Positions 10,130 through 19,874 are shown, counted from the first letter of the stretch. The stretch: 57,758 nucleotides of DNA from an uncultured Parcubacteria group bacterium (GCA_903911245.1 CAIWCR010000028.1:1-57758); one strand, 5' to 3'. The notes: generated by a model from the sequence alone, not told the origin. Program-made: numbers and translations.

Positions 10130-11134
10130 ATGTCTAAAAAACTGGCTGAAAATCAGAATAAAGACGATCAAAATATCGATCTCACCCTCCGTCCGACGGC
10201 GTGGGACGAATATGTTGGTCAGGAAAAAATAAAAAACAATCTCAAGGTTATTCTTGAGGCCGCAAAAAAGAGGAATGAATCGGCTGACCATCTTTTATTT
10301 TCTGGTCCGGCAGGATTAGGGAAAACGACGCTCGCCTATCTCGTTGCGCGTGAGCTTGGCGGAATGATAAAGACGACATCGGGTCCCGCAATTGAAAAAA
10401 CGGGAGACCTTGCAGCGGTTTTGACCAATCTTAGCCCTGGAGAGATTCTTTTTATCGATGAGGCGCACCGAATTAATCCGATGATTGAGGAAGTTTTGTA
10501 TCCTGCAATGGAATCGCGGAAACTTCATCTCATGGTCGGCAAGGGTCCCGGTGCACGAACTCTTTCGCTTGACCTCCCTCCGTTTACGCTTATCGCTGCG
10601 ACAACGCGAGAAAATCTTTTATCACAACCATTGCGCTCGCGATTTGGTGCGACACTCAGGCTTAATTTCTATGACATTGATGACATCAAAAAAATATTCA
10701 ATCGTTCGGCGAAGATTTTCAATATTGATATTTCTCCTGAGGCGGTTGAAATTCTTTCGCGTGCATCGCGTGGAACGCCACGTATTGCAAATCGTCTTTT
10801 GAAGCGTGCTCGTGATTTTGCCGAAGTGCGTGGAACAAAAGTAATCGATGAAAATGCAGCTCGAAAGACGCTTGAAATGCTTGAAATTGATGAGGTCGGT
10901 CTTGAACCACAGGACAGGCGGCTTTTAATGACAATTATTGAAAAATTTAACGGCGGGCCGGTAGGAATCAATACGCTTACTGCTGCACTTTCTGAAGAAC
11001 GAGGCGTGATTGAGGATATTTATGAGCCGTATCTCATGACGCTCGGCTTTATCCAGCGTTCTTCCGGCGGCAGAATTGTTCTTCCGGCGGCTTATAAACA
11101 TTTAGGAATAAGAAGTCGCGAGGAGCTGTTGTGA
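10130..11134 (+). CDS. ruvB: Holliday junction branch migration ATPase RuvB
   Basis: LRPTAWDEYVGQEKIK, Walker A GPAGLGKTTLA, Walker B LFIDEAHR, sensor GTPRIANRLL. The start is set at ATG 10130; the alternative-start extension in the track ORF from 9926 covers the hairpin element. Confidence 0.93.
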   Translation: MSKKLAENQNKDDQNIDLTLRPTAWDEYVGQEKIKNNLKVILEAAKKRNESADHLLFSGPAGLGKTTLAYLVARELGGMIKTTSGPAIEKTGDLAAVLTNLSPGEILFIDEAHRINPMIEEVLYPAMESRKLHLMVGKGPGARTLSLDLPPFTLIAATTRENLLSQPLRSRFGATLRLNFYDIDDIKKIFNRSAKIFNIDISPEAVEILSRASRGTPRIANRLLKRARDFAEVRGTKVIDENAARKTLEMLEIDEVGLEPQDRRLLMTIIEKFNGGPVGINTLTAALSEERGVIEDIYEPYLMTLGFIQRSSGGRIVLPAAYKHLGIRSREELL

Positions 11135-11135
11135 T

Positions 11136-11702
11136 ATGATATTTATCAACGAGTGGCTGCCAAATCCTGTTGGCGTAGATACAAAAGGTGAATTTATTGA
11201 ACTTTTCAATAATGGAAAAACACCAATAGATCTGACTGGGTGGTCGCTTATAATAAAAAATGGAAAACATTTTTTGCTCTCTGGACATTATCTTTCGGCG
11301 GGTAGTTATCTTATTCTTCCGCGCGCTGAAACAAAATTGACCCTGAAGAACGCCGATGAACAATTGTCGCTTTATAGTGCGAATGGAACACTTATCGATC
11401 AATCAAATTTTTCCGGCGCTGCGCCAGACGGACAGAGTTTTAATCGTATTAATTATGGATCCGATGAATCACAACATTTCGCGTTTGGAGTCCTAACGCC
11501 AGGCAGGGCGAATGATAACTCGTTGCAGATTTCCTTAGTGGCGGACCATTATCCCCTGGGCGTTCCTATTAATCAAACATCAATAAGCATAATTCAGTGT
11601 ATCTTTCTCCTTATCGGCACTGCTGCTCTCATTGCTGGACTTATCATGTATACTATAAAGCAAGATGAAAACGCATCGAACCTTTTCTTCGAAAGAGACT
11701 GA
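11136..11702 (+). CDS. Lamin-tail-domain (LTD) protein with C-terminal TM helix
   Basis: INEWLPNPVGVDTKGEFIELFNNGKTPIDLTGWSL is the LTD signature. There is a hydrophobic helix near the C-terminus. Confidence 0.7.
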   Translation: MIFINEWLPNPVGVDTKGEFIELFNNGKTPIDLTGWSLIIKNGKHFLLSGHYLSAGSYLILPRAETKLTLKNADEQLSLYSANGTLIDQSNFSGAAPDGQSFNRINYGSDESQHFAFGVLTPGRANDNSLQISLVADHYPLGVPINQTSISIIQCIFLLIGTAALIAGLIMYTIKQDENASNLFFERD

Positions 11703-12126
11703 AGAAATCGGCGAAGAAATTGCCAAGGCATTGATTGTTTCCGAATCGAAAACTCGTAATCATAAAGGAGCAATTATTTTTGCGCTTCATGGAGATCTTG
11801 GTTCCGGAAAGACGACTTTTACAAAAGGATTTTTTCGCGGACTTGGGATTAAGAGTCGCGTGAAGAGTCCGACATTCGTTATTATGCGTCGAAGCGCGAT
11901 TCATGGAAAAAACTTTAAAAATATTTTTCATATAGATGCCTATCGTCTTCGTGTGCTGAAGGATTTTTCAGCGCTCGACCTTAAAACTATTGTTGCCGAT
12001 GAAAAAAATATTATTCTTATTGAGTGGCCAGAGAATACAGAAGGCCTTATTCCTCGCACGGCACATAAATTAGAATTTCAATATGGAAAAAAAGAAAATG
12101 AAAGGATTATAAAACATAAAGCATGA
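11665..12126 (+). CDS. tsaE: tRNA t6A37 biosynthesis ATPase TsaE
   Basis: 153 aa with the P-loop HGDLGSGKTTFTKG and LIEWPEN motifs. Confidence 0.85.
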   Translation: MKTHRTFSSKETEEIGEEIAKALIVSESKTRNHKGAIIFALHGDLGSGKTTFTKGFFRGLGIKSRVKSPTFVIMRRSAIHGKNFKNIFHIDAYRLRVLKDFSALDLKTIVADEKNIILIEWPENTEGLIPRTAHKLEFQYGKKENERIIKHKA

Positions 12127-13052
12127 CAAACTACTCTAAGCGACTACTTCTCATTGACGCCAATTCGGTTATCCATCGGTCGTTTCATGCTCTTCCTCCG
12201 TTTACGGCGCCTGACGGGAGTCCTACGGGCGCTATTTACGGCGTGGCGAGCATTCTTTTGAAGTTATGGCGCGAAGATAAGCCTGATTATGTTGCGGCTC
12301 TTTTTGATCGGCCAGAGCCGACTTTTCGTGATAAAAAATATGCAGAGTATAAGGCACATCGTCCGCCAGCGCCGGACATTCTCATTTCTCAGCTCATTGA
12401 AATGCATAATCTTTTTCACGTGTTTGGTGTCGCGACATTTGAAAAGCCAGGATTTGAAGCAGACGACCTTATTGCAACGCTTGCAACGCGTTTTAAAGAA
12501 GAGAATGATTTGCAAGTTGTTGTTCTCACCGGTGATCGTGACACGCTTCAACTCATAGAAGGGAATAAGGTGGTGGTGCAAACTTTTAATAAGGGAGTAA
12601 GTGACACGACGATCTATGATGAACAGGCAGTAATAGATAAATATGGATTGCCGCCGAAAACGATTATCGATTACAAAGCGCTTTCCGGTGATTCGTCAGA
12701 TAATATTAAAGGGGTTCCGGGTGTGGGACCAAAAACAGCAACAGAACTTCTAAAAAAATTCGGAAGCGTTGAAGGTATTTATGAAAATCTTTCGTCAGAT
12801 CCGAAGCTTGAAAAACGATTTGGGCCGTTTCGTAAAGAGGCCGAACTTTCAAAAGAGCTCGTTATTCTCGAAAAAAACGTTCCTATGGGCGACATAAAAC
12901 TTGAAGACCTCGCGATTCATAATGACGAAATGGAGATAATTGGCTACTTTGAGAAAAAAGGATTTTCAACACTCATGAAGCGGTTTGTGACAAAAGAGAT
13001 AGAGACAAAAGAAGATCCAAAACCGAAAAGTATTCAAGGGAGAATGTTTTGA
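12123..13052 (+). CDS. 5'-3' exonuclease / flap endonuclease (stand-alone Pol I N-terminal domain)
   Basis: LLLIDANSVIHRSFHALP, LTGDRDTLQL and GDSSDNIKGVPGVGPKTATELL (H3TH) motifs. At 309 aa it has no polymerase domain. Confidence 0.88.
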   Translation: MTNYSKRLLLIDANSVIHRSFHALPPFTAPDGSPTGAIYGVASILLKLWREDKPDYVAALFDRPEPTFRDKKYAEYKAHRPPAPDILISQLIEMHNLFHVFGVATFEKPGFEADDLIATLATRFKEENDLQVVVLTGDRDTLQLIEGNKVVVQTFNKGVSDTTIYDEQAVIDKYGLPPKTIIDYKALSGDSSDNIKGVPGVGPKTATELLKKFGSVEGIYENLSSDPKLEKRFGPFRKEAELSKELVILEKNVPMGDIKLEDLAIHNDEMEIIGYFEKKGFSTLMKRFVTKEIETKEDPKPKSIQGRMF

Positions 13053-13094
13053 GTCAAGACGAGGAAAATATCTTATTAGCTATAATTTTAAAAA

Positions 13095-13114
13095 AAGACC
13101 GCCGAGAAGCAGTC
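13095..13114. terminator. Bidirectional terminator between the convergent exonuclease and rnj genes
   Basis: AGACCGC-cgagaa-GCAGTCT stem, with an A-run upstream and a T-run downstream. Confidence 0.55.
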
Positions 13115-13154
13115 TTTTTTTGTGGGGAGAAGGGATAAGAATATAATTAAATTT

Positions 13155-15137
13155 TTATACCTCAATGATAACAGGGAGTATCATCGGTCTGCGGCGAGTT
13201 TTGTTGTAGAGGAATTGTCCGACCTGATCACGAATGAGGGTTTTTAGGTAATCCGGATCGGGACTTTCATGGCTGGGGAGACGAGAAAGAAGTAGTCGGA
13301 TGCGCTTTCGTATTTCTTCGAGCATATCCTGGTTTTCTTTGAGGTAGATGAATCCGCGTGAAATGATATCAGGATTTTTAAGTAAGGTTCCCTTGTCGTG
13401 GTCGAGCGTCATGATAATGACGAGCATTCCTTCCTGTGCGAGGGCGCGACGATCGCGAAGAACTATTTCCTCAACATCGCCGACGCCGAGGCCGTCCACC
13501 ATAACATAGAATGCTGGTACCGTTTCTTTTGTGATTTTGAATGCATCCTTAGTGAGCTCTGCCACTTGGCCATTATCCATAAGGATTGTGTTTTCCTTTG
13601 GAACGCCGACCTCTTGTGCTGAAAAGCCATTTGTGGCGCGCATGAAATAATATCCATGGATCGGCACAAAAAATTTCGGTTTAATAAGCGACGTTACGAG
13701 TTTTACATCTTCTTTTGGTGCATGTCCTGAAGCGTGAATATCAATTAGATTTGAGTGGTATACAATTGCGCCTTGTCGTGCGAGGTTGTCTTTCAAATAT
13801 TGAACGCTACGTTCATTTCCTGGGATGACCGATGCTGAGAGAATGAACGTATCCCCTGCTTTTGCTCGTAAGTGTGAGTGTTCGCCATTGATTATTTTCA
13901 TAAGGCTGGCATTTGATTCTCCTTGTGCGCCAGTTGAAAGGACCATGACTTTGTCGTCGCGAAGTCTGTGAATTTCTTCAAGCGAAACAATGGTTCCTTC
14001 TTTTGCTTTGATAAACCCAAGATTCTGAGCGATTTGTACGTTTGCTTTCATTGAGTAGCCAGAGAATGCCACCTTTTTACCAAGCTTCTCGGCAATTTTT
14101 ATAATCTCGGCAATTCTTGTGAGGAGTGACGAGAACGTCGCGACAAAAATTCTTCCTTTTGCTGCCCGAAAAAGATCTTCAAGATTTTTTTCTACGGTTC
14201 TTTCTGATACGGAGTGCCCCGCTTTTTCTGCATTTGTACTGTCGACAAAAAAACTATGGATTCCCATCTTTCCGATTTTTTCGAGCTCTTTCAATCCTTG
14301 CGGTTCATCTTTTTCGTTATAGTCTACGCGAAAATCTCCGAAGTGAACCATGTTTCCAACAGGAGTTTTCAAAACAACGCCGGTTGTTTCTGGGATGGTA
14401 TGAGGAACACCGAAGAAGAGCGCGCTAAAGTAATTAGAAAGCTTCATCTCGTCGTTGTTCTTTACCACCTGAATTTTCATTTTCGGTGAATTTGGAAAAT
14501 CTTCTCGTCTTTTTTCGATGATCCCTTTTGTGATTGACGTTGCATAAATTGGAGGATTGCCAAGTTTCTCTAGAAGATGTGGTAGGCCGCCGATGTGATC
14601 ATAGTGTCCATGCGTGATGATGATGGCCTGGATGTTCGCTTTCTTTTTTTCGAGATAGGAGATGTTTGGAATAATATAATCGATGCCGGGAGTTTCCTCT
14701 TCGGGGAACTGAAGGCCCATATCAATAATTATGATTTCATTTTTATACTCGAAGAACATACAGTTGCGGCCAATCTCTTCTAATCCTCCAAGCGGCACAA
14801 AACGTACAGCATCGGCATTTGTTTTTTCATGAGGAGAAGACGCGTCATGGTGCTGTAGAGATGTTCGCGAGGGGGACGCGTGTGATCCACCGAATTTTCT
14901 TTCGGAAGATGCGGATCGACCTCGTTTTTCTGAGGTTTTCGCATTGCGATTTTGGGGCGACGAACTATAACTTGTTTTCCATTCAGATTTTTTTACTTGA
15001 TCTTGGGCCGGCGGCAGTTGATGTTTTACTTGAGAGGAATCAGAAGTCCTCCGTATTTCCGGCGGCTTTATCCTTTGTCTCTCCCCTGAAAGATGGGGTC
15101 TTTCAGGTTTTTGCGATGATTCGTTTTTTCTTATCAT
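13155..15137 (-). CDS. rnj: Ribonuclease J with a ~110-aa basic Ser/Lys/Arg-rich N-terminal extension
   Basis: Metallo-beta-lactamase motif ITHGHYDHIGGLP, beta-CASP region, and a C-terminal domain ending ...RRRPMILPVIIEV. Confidence 0.9.
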   Translation of the reverse strand: MIRKNESSQKPERPHLSGERQRIKPPEIRRTSDSSQVKHQLPPAQDQVKKSEWKTSYSSSPQNRNAKTSEKRGRSASSERKFGGSHASPSRTSLQHHDASSPHEKTNADAVRFVPLGGLEEIGRNCMFFEYKNEIIIIDMGLQFPEEETPGIDYIIPNISYLEKKKANIQAIIITHGHYDHIGGLPHLLEKLGNPPIYATSITKGIIEKRREDFPNSPKMKIQVVKNNDEMKLSNYFSALFFGVPHTIPETTGVVLKTPVGNMVHFGDFRVDYNEKDEPQGLKELEKIGKMGIHSFFVDSTNAEKAGHSVSERTVEKNLEDLFRAAKGRIFVATFSSLLTRIAEIIKIAEKLGKKVAFSGYSMKANVQIAQNLGFIKAKEGTIVSLEEIHRLRDDKVMVLSTGAQGESNASLMKIINGEHSHLRAKAGDTFILSASVIPGNERSVQYLKDNLARQGAIVYHSNLIDIHASGHAPKEDVKLVTSLIKPKFFVPIHGYYFMRATNGFSAQEVGVPKENTILMDNGQVAELTKDAFKITKETVPAFYVMVDGLGVGDVEEIVLRDRRALAQEGMLVIIMTLDHDKGTLLKNPDIISRGFIYLKENQDMLEEIRKRIRLLLSRLPSHESPDPDYLKTLIRDQVGQFLYNKTRRRPMILPVIIEV

Positions 15138-15167
15138 ATTAGTTTATTTTTTATTACAACATTATTG

Positions 15168-15251
15168 TGCCCCCCAGAGGATTTGAACCTCCACGTCCTT
15201 GCGGACACACGCACCTGAAGCGTGCGCGTCTGCCAGTTTCGCCAGAGGGGC
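15168..15251 (-). tRNA. tRNA-Leu(CAG), class II with long variable arm
   Basis: Folded by hand. Acceptor GCCCCTC/GGGGGGC, 3-bp D-stem, anticodon stem CACGC/GCGTG with loop TTCAGGT (anticodon CAG). Variable arm GTCC-GCAA-GGAC, T-arm GGAGG-TTCAAAT-CCTCT, discriminator A. CCA is not encoded. Confidence 0.9.
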
Positions 15252-15457
15252 AGATTATAGAACCCATCTCAAACGCCGCGACACATTATTACATACCAGT
15301 GTTTATGAAAGCGATTTTTGAGATAGGTTCTAAGGCGTGAAATTTAAATTTTTACAACAGCGCCGTCTCGAGGGTGGTGATGGGCGCTTTGGAGGGAACT
15401 ATCTTAGAAGCTGTAGTATATCACGGAAACAAGGAAAAGGTCAAATTTGGGAAATTA

Positions 15458-17110
15458 TTATTTTAGCACTCTTGTCATGTTAAGGTACCAATTCCCCGCG
15501 TTTTTAAATCTATCTGACGGGTCAGAGAGAACGTCGGTTGCGATACCATGAATGGTTTTGTTGGTTATGTAGAGGTAATTGGTCGAGTAGAGAAAGACGG
15601 CGGGATAATCGAAGGTGATTATATTTTGAACATTTGCAAACTGGGCGGCCCTTGCCTCATTATCGGGATTTCCACGAATAGTATCGAGAAGTGAATTAAC
15701 TTTAGGATTATTATACATTGCGAGATTGAGTCCGGGAGCGAGTGATTGAGTTGAATCCCAAAATGGATAAAGATCGGAGCTTGGCCCAAGGACAATTCCA
15801 AAGAGAAGTGCGTCATATGTGCGATTCGGTATAATATTTTTTGCGATATTATCGGGTGAGTCGGGGATAATGGTCACTTGTACCCCCATTGTTTTCCAAG
15901 ACTCTTTTATGATGTCGGCCGTTTTTAGGAGGAAAGAAACCTGAGGGACGACAAGTGTTATTGAAAGAGGGATGGAGGATTTTCCAATATTCTTTATGCG
16001 AAGTCCTTCATTGGTTATTTTCCATCCTGCGTCGTCGAGCGTTGTTGAGGCGAGGTCGAGCGAAGATAACGTTGGGGTCGATGCATTATATGCTGCATCA
16101 TAGGGAATCGGTCCATCGTCTGGTTTTCCATATCCGCCGAGTACCTGGTTTACGAGCGTGTTTTTATTGATCACTAGAGAGAGCGCTTTTCGTACGGCTA
16201 CATCTTCGAGCGCCGGATTTTTTGTTTGGTTTAGAAATACGGCGTAATAATTTGGAATTCGGAACGCGAAGAGATCATATGGCCTCTTTATATTAGTAAT
16301 ATTTTCAGGCGAGATACCGCCAAATCCATCAACTTGTCCTGAGTTGAAGTTTTGTATCAGAAGATCCTTGTTGTTTGAAAATTGGAAATCAAAATTTTGA
16401 ATAAGGGGTTTTGTTCCAAAATAGCCATCCCACGCCTTGAGGTGATAGGAAGTAATAAATCCATCGGGGCGTTTTTCGTACGAAGAAAATGAATATGGGC
16501 CGCTCCCCACGGGCTTCAAGTTATAATCCGAAAGTCGCCAATTACCGGGGGGGATATCAGCAAAAAGATGCTTGGGAAGGATGTAAAGGCCCTTGAGGTT
16601 GTCGCCGAAAAATGCGTATGGTTTTACCAGTGAAAATTGGAGTTCGAGCTCGCTTATGCGACTTACTGCAACCCCCGCCCAGCTATCTGAGAGAGGAGAA
16701 TCGGAGTCTTTATTCTGAATTTCTTGGACGGTAAATATTACGTCATCGCTCGTGAGTCGTGTATCATCTTGCCAATGCAAGTTTTCCTTGAGACGAATCG
16801 TCCATGTTTTTGTATCAGACGAAATCTCAATTTTATCGGCAATATCGTAGATGTTGCTATAAACCATTCTAACAAGGTCGCGATCGGTTTCGCTTTTAGC
16901 AGTGACTGGATTGACATACTCTGGCTGTCCTATAATGCCTTCGGTGTATTGCCCTCCCGATGCAGGAACAGCTCTCGTTTTTTCTATTATTATTATTCCT
17001 GCAATAGCACCGATACTTACAATGATTACTGCTGATGCGAGCCAAAAGGAAACGCGTTCTCTTTTGGTGAAGGCAGCGAAAACTTTTTTGAAAAATGATA
17101 GTGTGAGCAT
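15458..17110 (-). CDS. ABC transporter substrate-binding protein, family 5 (peptide/nickel type), membrane anchored
   Basis: 550 aa with an N-terminal TM helix. Size and overall sequence character match SBP_bac_5 proteins. No cognate permease lies in the window. Confidence 0.65.
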   Translation of the reverse strand: MLTLSFFKKVFAAFTKRERVSFWLASAVIIVSIGAIAGIIIIEKTRAVPASGGQYTEGIIGQPEYVNPVTAKSETDRDLVRMVYSNIYDIADKIEISSDTKTWTIRLKENLHWQDDTRLTSDDVIFTVQEIQNKDSDSPLSDSWAGVAVSRISELELQFSLVKPYAFFGDNLKGLYILPKHLFADIPPGNWRLSDYNLKPVGSGPYSFSSYEKRPDGFITSYHLKAWDGYFGTKPLIQNFDFQFSNNKDLLIQNFNSGQVDGFGGISPENITNIKRPYDLFAFRIPNYYAVFLNQTKNPALEDVAVRKALSLVINKNTLVNQVLGGYGKPDDGPIPYDAAYNASTPTLSSLDLASTTLDDAGWKITNEGLRIKNIGKSSIPLSITLVVPQVSFLLKTADIIKESWKTMGVQVTIIPDSPDNIAKNIIPNRTYDALLFGIVLGPSSDLYPFWDSTQSLAPGLNLAMYNNPKVNSLLDTIRGNPDNEARAAQFANVQNIITFDYPAVFLYSTNYLYITNKTIHGIATDVLSDPSDRFKNAGNWYLNMTRVLK

Positions 17111-17165
17111 AAAGAAGAGCCGATTTCTTAATACCGGGACATTGCCGCGATGCTAGGAATAAATA

Positions 17166-17384
17166 CTAATGGATCCCTGCGGAAAGTCCGTATACTGCTA
17201 CAATCGCTAACGCAACAACAAGCACAATCGTCGTGTAAAAGATTATTTTTTCTGCGCCACGGCGAGCCTGGTAAAAACCAATTCCTTCGCCGCCGAGAAG
17301 TCCGGACATGCCGGATGAGCGCTCCTGAAGAAGAATAAGTACGATAATAGCGATCGAGAGGACTATTTGGATAAGTGCAATCAT
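17166..17384 (-). CDS. secG: Preprotein translocase subunit SecG
   Basis: 72 aa with two TM helices and the LLQERSSGMSGLLGG motif typical of SecG. Confidence 0.8.
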   Translation of the reverse strand: MIALIQIVLSIAIIVLILLQERSSGMSGLLGGEGIGFYQARRGAEKIIFYTTIVLVVALAIVAVYGLSAGIH

Positions 17385-17416
17385 GTTTTTTAAAGTCTAG
17401 TTGGGATTCGGATGCT

Positions 17417-17791
17417 TTATTTTTCCACCGCGAGATGGATTACGAAGTTTATGATTCCGAGAAGAAGCGTAGCATAAATGAGTGCCGGAATGCTCTCTAT
17501 AGTAATGCTTCCCTTCAAAATGTCAATGTGATTTCCGAGAAATTGGAGAACAAGGAGAATTGCAGCGTTTACCACAATAATGCCGAGGCCAAGGGTAAGA
17601 ACAATGATAGGGCCGAAGATGAGCGTAAGAATTGGTCTCAGGATTGCGTTTAAGAGCATAAGAACAAGGGCGATGATGATAAGCTGAGGAATGGAATCGC
17701 TGATGACAAATCCTGGTATGTAATGGCTCGCCACCCAAAGCCCAAGGGTGTTTCCGGCGATAATAATAATAATTCTTCCGAGCCAGTGCAT
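17417..17791 (-). CDS. YvlD/DUF360 (phage_holin_4_2 family) membrane protein
   Basis: 124 aa with four hydrophobic helices and LLNAILRPILTLIFGPIIVLTLGLG, typical of this family. Confidence 0.65.
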   Translation of the reverse strand: MHWLGRIIIIIAGNTLGLWVASHYIPGFVISDSIPQLIIIALVLMLLNAILRPILTLIFGPIIVLTLGLGIIVVNAAILLVLQFLGNHIDILKGSITIESIPALIYATLLLGIINFVIHLAVEK

Positions 17792-17933
17792 AGAAATAGT
17801 ATAGCATGAATATATGATTTGGTGTTGCTGATAATATGAGTGTCATATGTTTGAAACGTCGTATCGTCGCGATAATCTCGTATTATGGTGCTTGCCCTGG
17901 CTTTTTTGAAAAGACTTGCTATAATAGACAGCA

Positions 17934-18068
17934 ATGTCACGTACTTATAATCCAAAAAAGAAAAAGAGAGCCCGCACGCATGGCTTTTTGGCGCGCGCTG
18001 CGACGCCGACGGGGCGAAGGGTTCTTGCGCGCCGCAGGGCAAAGGGGAGAAAGAAGTTAACGGTATAG
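17934..18068 (+). CDS. rpmH: 50S ribosomal protein L34
   Basis: My own translation gives [44 protein letters not shown] (44 aa). It is too short for the ORF track. The order rpmH-rnpA-yidC-jag is conserved. Confidence 0.93.
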   Translation: MSRTYNPKKKKRARTHGFLARAATPTGRRVLARRRAKGRKKLTV

Positions 18069-18088
18069 CCGCATATTAAAGCAGTATC

Positions 18089-18403
18089 ATGCTTTCTCAA
18101 TCATCGCGCCTTCCCTATCGCGAGTTTCGTTTGCGGGGGTATCGCACTATACCAACCCCTTTTTTTGTTTTGAAAATAAAAAAGGGAGCTGGGGTTGAAA
18201 ATAGACTCGGGGTTGTGATAAGTGCCGCCGTCGAGAAGAAGGCAACGCGCAGAAACTTCTGGAAACGCCAGACAAAATCAATGTTCGCGTTGCTTCCTCC
18301 CATGGGTATCGATTTTCTGATTATCTTTTCGGGGGGCGTGAAGCAATGCACTATAAAAAAATTTAAGGAGGAATTTCTCCGCGTAGCGCATACCGCACAT
18401 TAA
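18089..18403 (+). CDS. rnpA: Ribonuclease P protein component
   Basis: 104 aa and basic, with the RNR-like motif KKATRRNFWKRQ, positioned after rpmH. Confidence 0.85.
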   Translation: MLSQSSRLPYREFRLRGYRTIPTPFFVLKIKKGAGVENRLGVVISAAVEKKATRRNFWKRQTKSMFALLPPMGIDFLIIFSGGVKQCTIKKFKEEFLRVAHTAH

Positions 18404-18407
18404 TATT

Positions 18408-19115
18408 ATGATTTATCTTTATAACGTCATTTTCTATCAGCCGATTCTCAATGTTCTTGTATTTTTTTATAACACGATTGCACTTCGCGACTTTGGTCTT
18501 GCAATCATTTTGACCACGCTTCTTGTGAGAATTCTCCTCTTCCCGTTCTTCCATAAGAGCTCTCATCAGCAGATGGTGATGCAGCGCATCCAGCCGAAGA
18601 TAAAAAAGATCCAGGAGACGCACAAGGATGATAAGGAAAAGCAGGGACAGGCGCTCATGGATCTTTACAAGGAGCATGGCGTAAATCCTTTTTCGGGGTT
18701 TTTGCTTCTTATTATTCAACTTCCCATTCTCATCGCGTTGTATCAAATTGTGCAATCGAGTTTTGGGGCGGACGTTCTCAATCAGCTTTATTCCTTTATT
18801 GCGACGCCGGGGACTATCAACTCGACATTTTTAGGAATTATTAATCTCAGTGATAAAAATTTAATATTGGTTGTCGGCGCTGCTGCCGCACAGTATTTCC
18901 AGGCAAAACTTGCTATTTATCAGGTAAAAGGAGAAGCTCCGTCGCAGGCTCAGAAGATAGCGAAGCAGATGGCGATCATGGGGCCACTTCTTACGATTTT
19001 TATTTTCTATAATTTCCCGGCGGCGGTTGGTCTCTATTGGCTCGTCTCATCAGTTTTTTCCGTTTTTCAACAAGTGATCATCAATAAGAATTTGAAGGAA
19101 AAATACGGGGAATAG
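18408..19115 (+). CDS. yidC: Membrane protein insertase YidC (short Oxa1-like form)
   Basis: 235 aa and polytopic, with MQRIQPKIKKIQETHKDDKEKQGQALMDLYKEHGVNP, the conserved YidC coiled-coil/TM2 region. Confidence 0.9.
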   Translation: MIYLYNVIFYQPILNVLVFFYNTIALRDFGLAIILTTLLVRILLFPFFHKSSHQQMVMQRIQPKIKKIQETHKDDKEKQGQALMDLYKEHGVNPFSGFLLLIIQLPILIALYQIVQSSFGADVLNQLYSFIATPGTINSTFLGIINLSDKNLILVVGAAAAQYFQAKLAIYQVKGEAPSQAQKIAKQMAIMGPLLTIFIFYNFPAAVGLYWLVSSVFSVFQQVIINKNLKEKYGE

Positions 19116-19358
19116 GACTACGCACTTTCATTTTCAAGGGAGGGGTACCGCGGGAACTTCATTTTTCTAAGCTTGCAACTCGCTAAGAAGAATTGGTCGC
19201 TCTCTTAACTCCTTTAAAAATGAGAGTGCTCCGTTTGTGGCAGAAATTCTTATTTATTAGCTTCTTTGTCGTTAAGAAATTCTAAACGCTTGCGTTTTTG
19301 CGGGAAAAATGAAATAGTGTATAGAATAAACAATCTATAGGAAATTACAAAAACAGAC

Positions 19359-19829
19359 ATGTGGGAACCGCTTATTAAAGGAATTGTTGACCGTATGGGT
19401 TTTCGGGATTACCAGCTTGAGGTATCGCCGGAGGAGGGTCGTGCTTCGCTTTTTATCTATGAAGATTCGGCAACATTCAAGGAAAACTTGCCGGTGATTG
19501 TTGACTCACTGAATCACCTCTTACAGATGATAGCGCGAAAAAATCAAAGCAAGGCGCTTTTTTTGGATATCAATCGTTATCGACAAGAGCGTGAGAATCT
19601 TATAGCCGAGCTTGCAAAGGCAGCGGCAAAGAAGGCGCTTGCTACCAAGGGAGAAATTCTTTTGCCTGCTATGAACTCGTATGAGCGGAGATTGGTGCAT
19701 GTAGCACTTGCGATACATCCTGATGTTATGACGGAGAGCGCAGGGGCCGGAAAAGGAAGATATGTAATAATAAAGCCGATTGATTTTAAGAAAAAGGAAG
19801 AGCAGGATAAGACGGAAGAAAGCGAATAG
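19359..19829 (+). CDS. jag: Jag/KhpB-like RNA-binding protein (KH + R3H domains)
   Basis: R3H motif SYERRLVHVAL. It sits after yidC as in many bacteria. Confidence 0.8.
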   Translation: MWEPLIKGIVDRMGFRDYQLEVSPEEGRASLFIYEDSATFKENLPVIVDSLNHLLQMIARKNQSKALFLDINRYRQERENLIAELAKAAAKKALATKGEILLPAMNSYERRLVHVALAIHPDVMTESAGAGKGRYVIIKPIDFKKKEEQDKTEESE

Positions 19830-19849
19830 AAAACTGTGATTGGATACAT

Positions 19850-19874
19850 AAAATCCCCGCGTGCGGGGATTTTA
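19850..19874. terminator. Bidirectional terminator between jag and the T4SS-like operon
   Basis: AAAATCCCCGC-gt-GCGGGGATTTT between convergent genes. Confidence 0.7.

Noticed and set aside
11132-11138. Alternative genetic code (UGA recoding as in some CPR lineages)
   Set aside because: TGA terminates ruvB one nucleotide before the next gene's ATG. All long ORFs are intact under the standard code.
17523-18060. Track ORFs 17523..17846, 17650..18042 and 17836..18060
   Set aside because: They overlap the holin-like gene and rpmH in other frames or on the other strand. The composition is Arg/His-rich nonsense, and the real gene here is the 44-aa rpmH.
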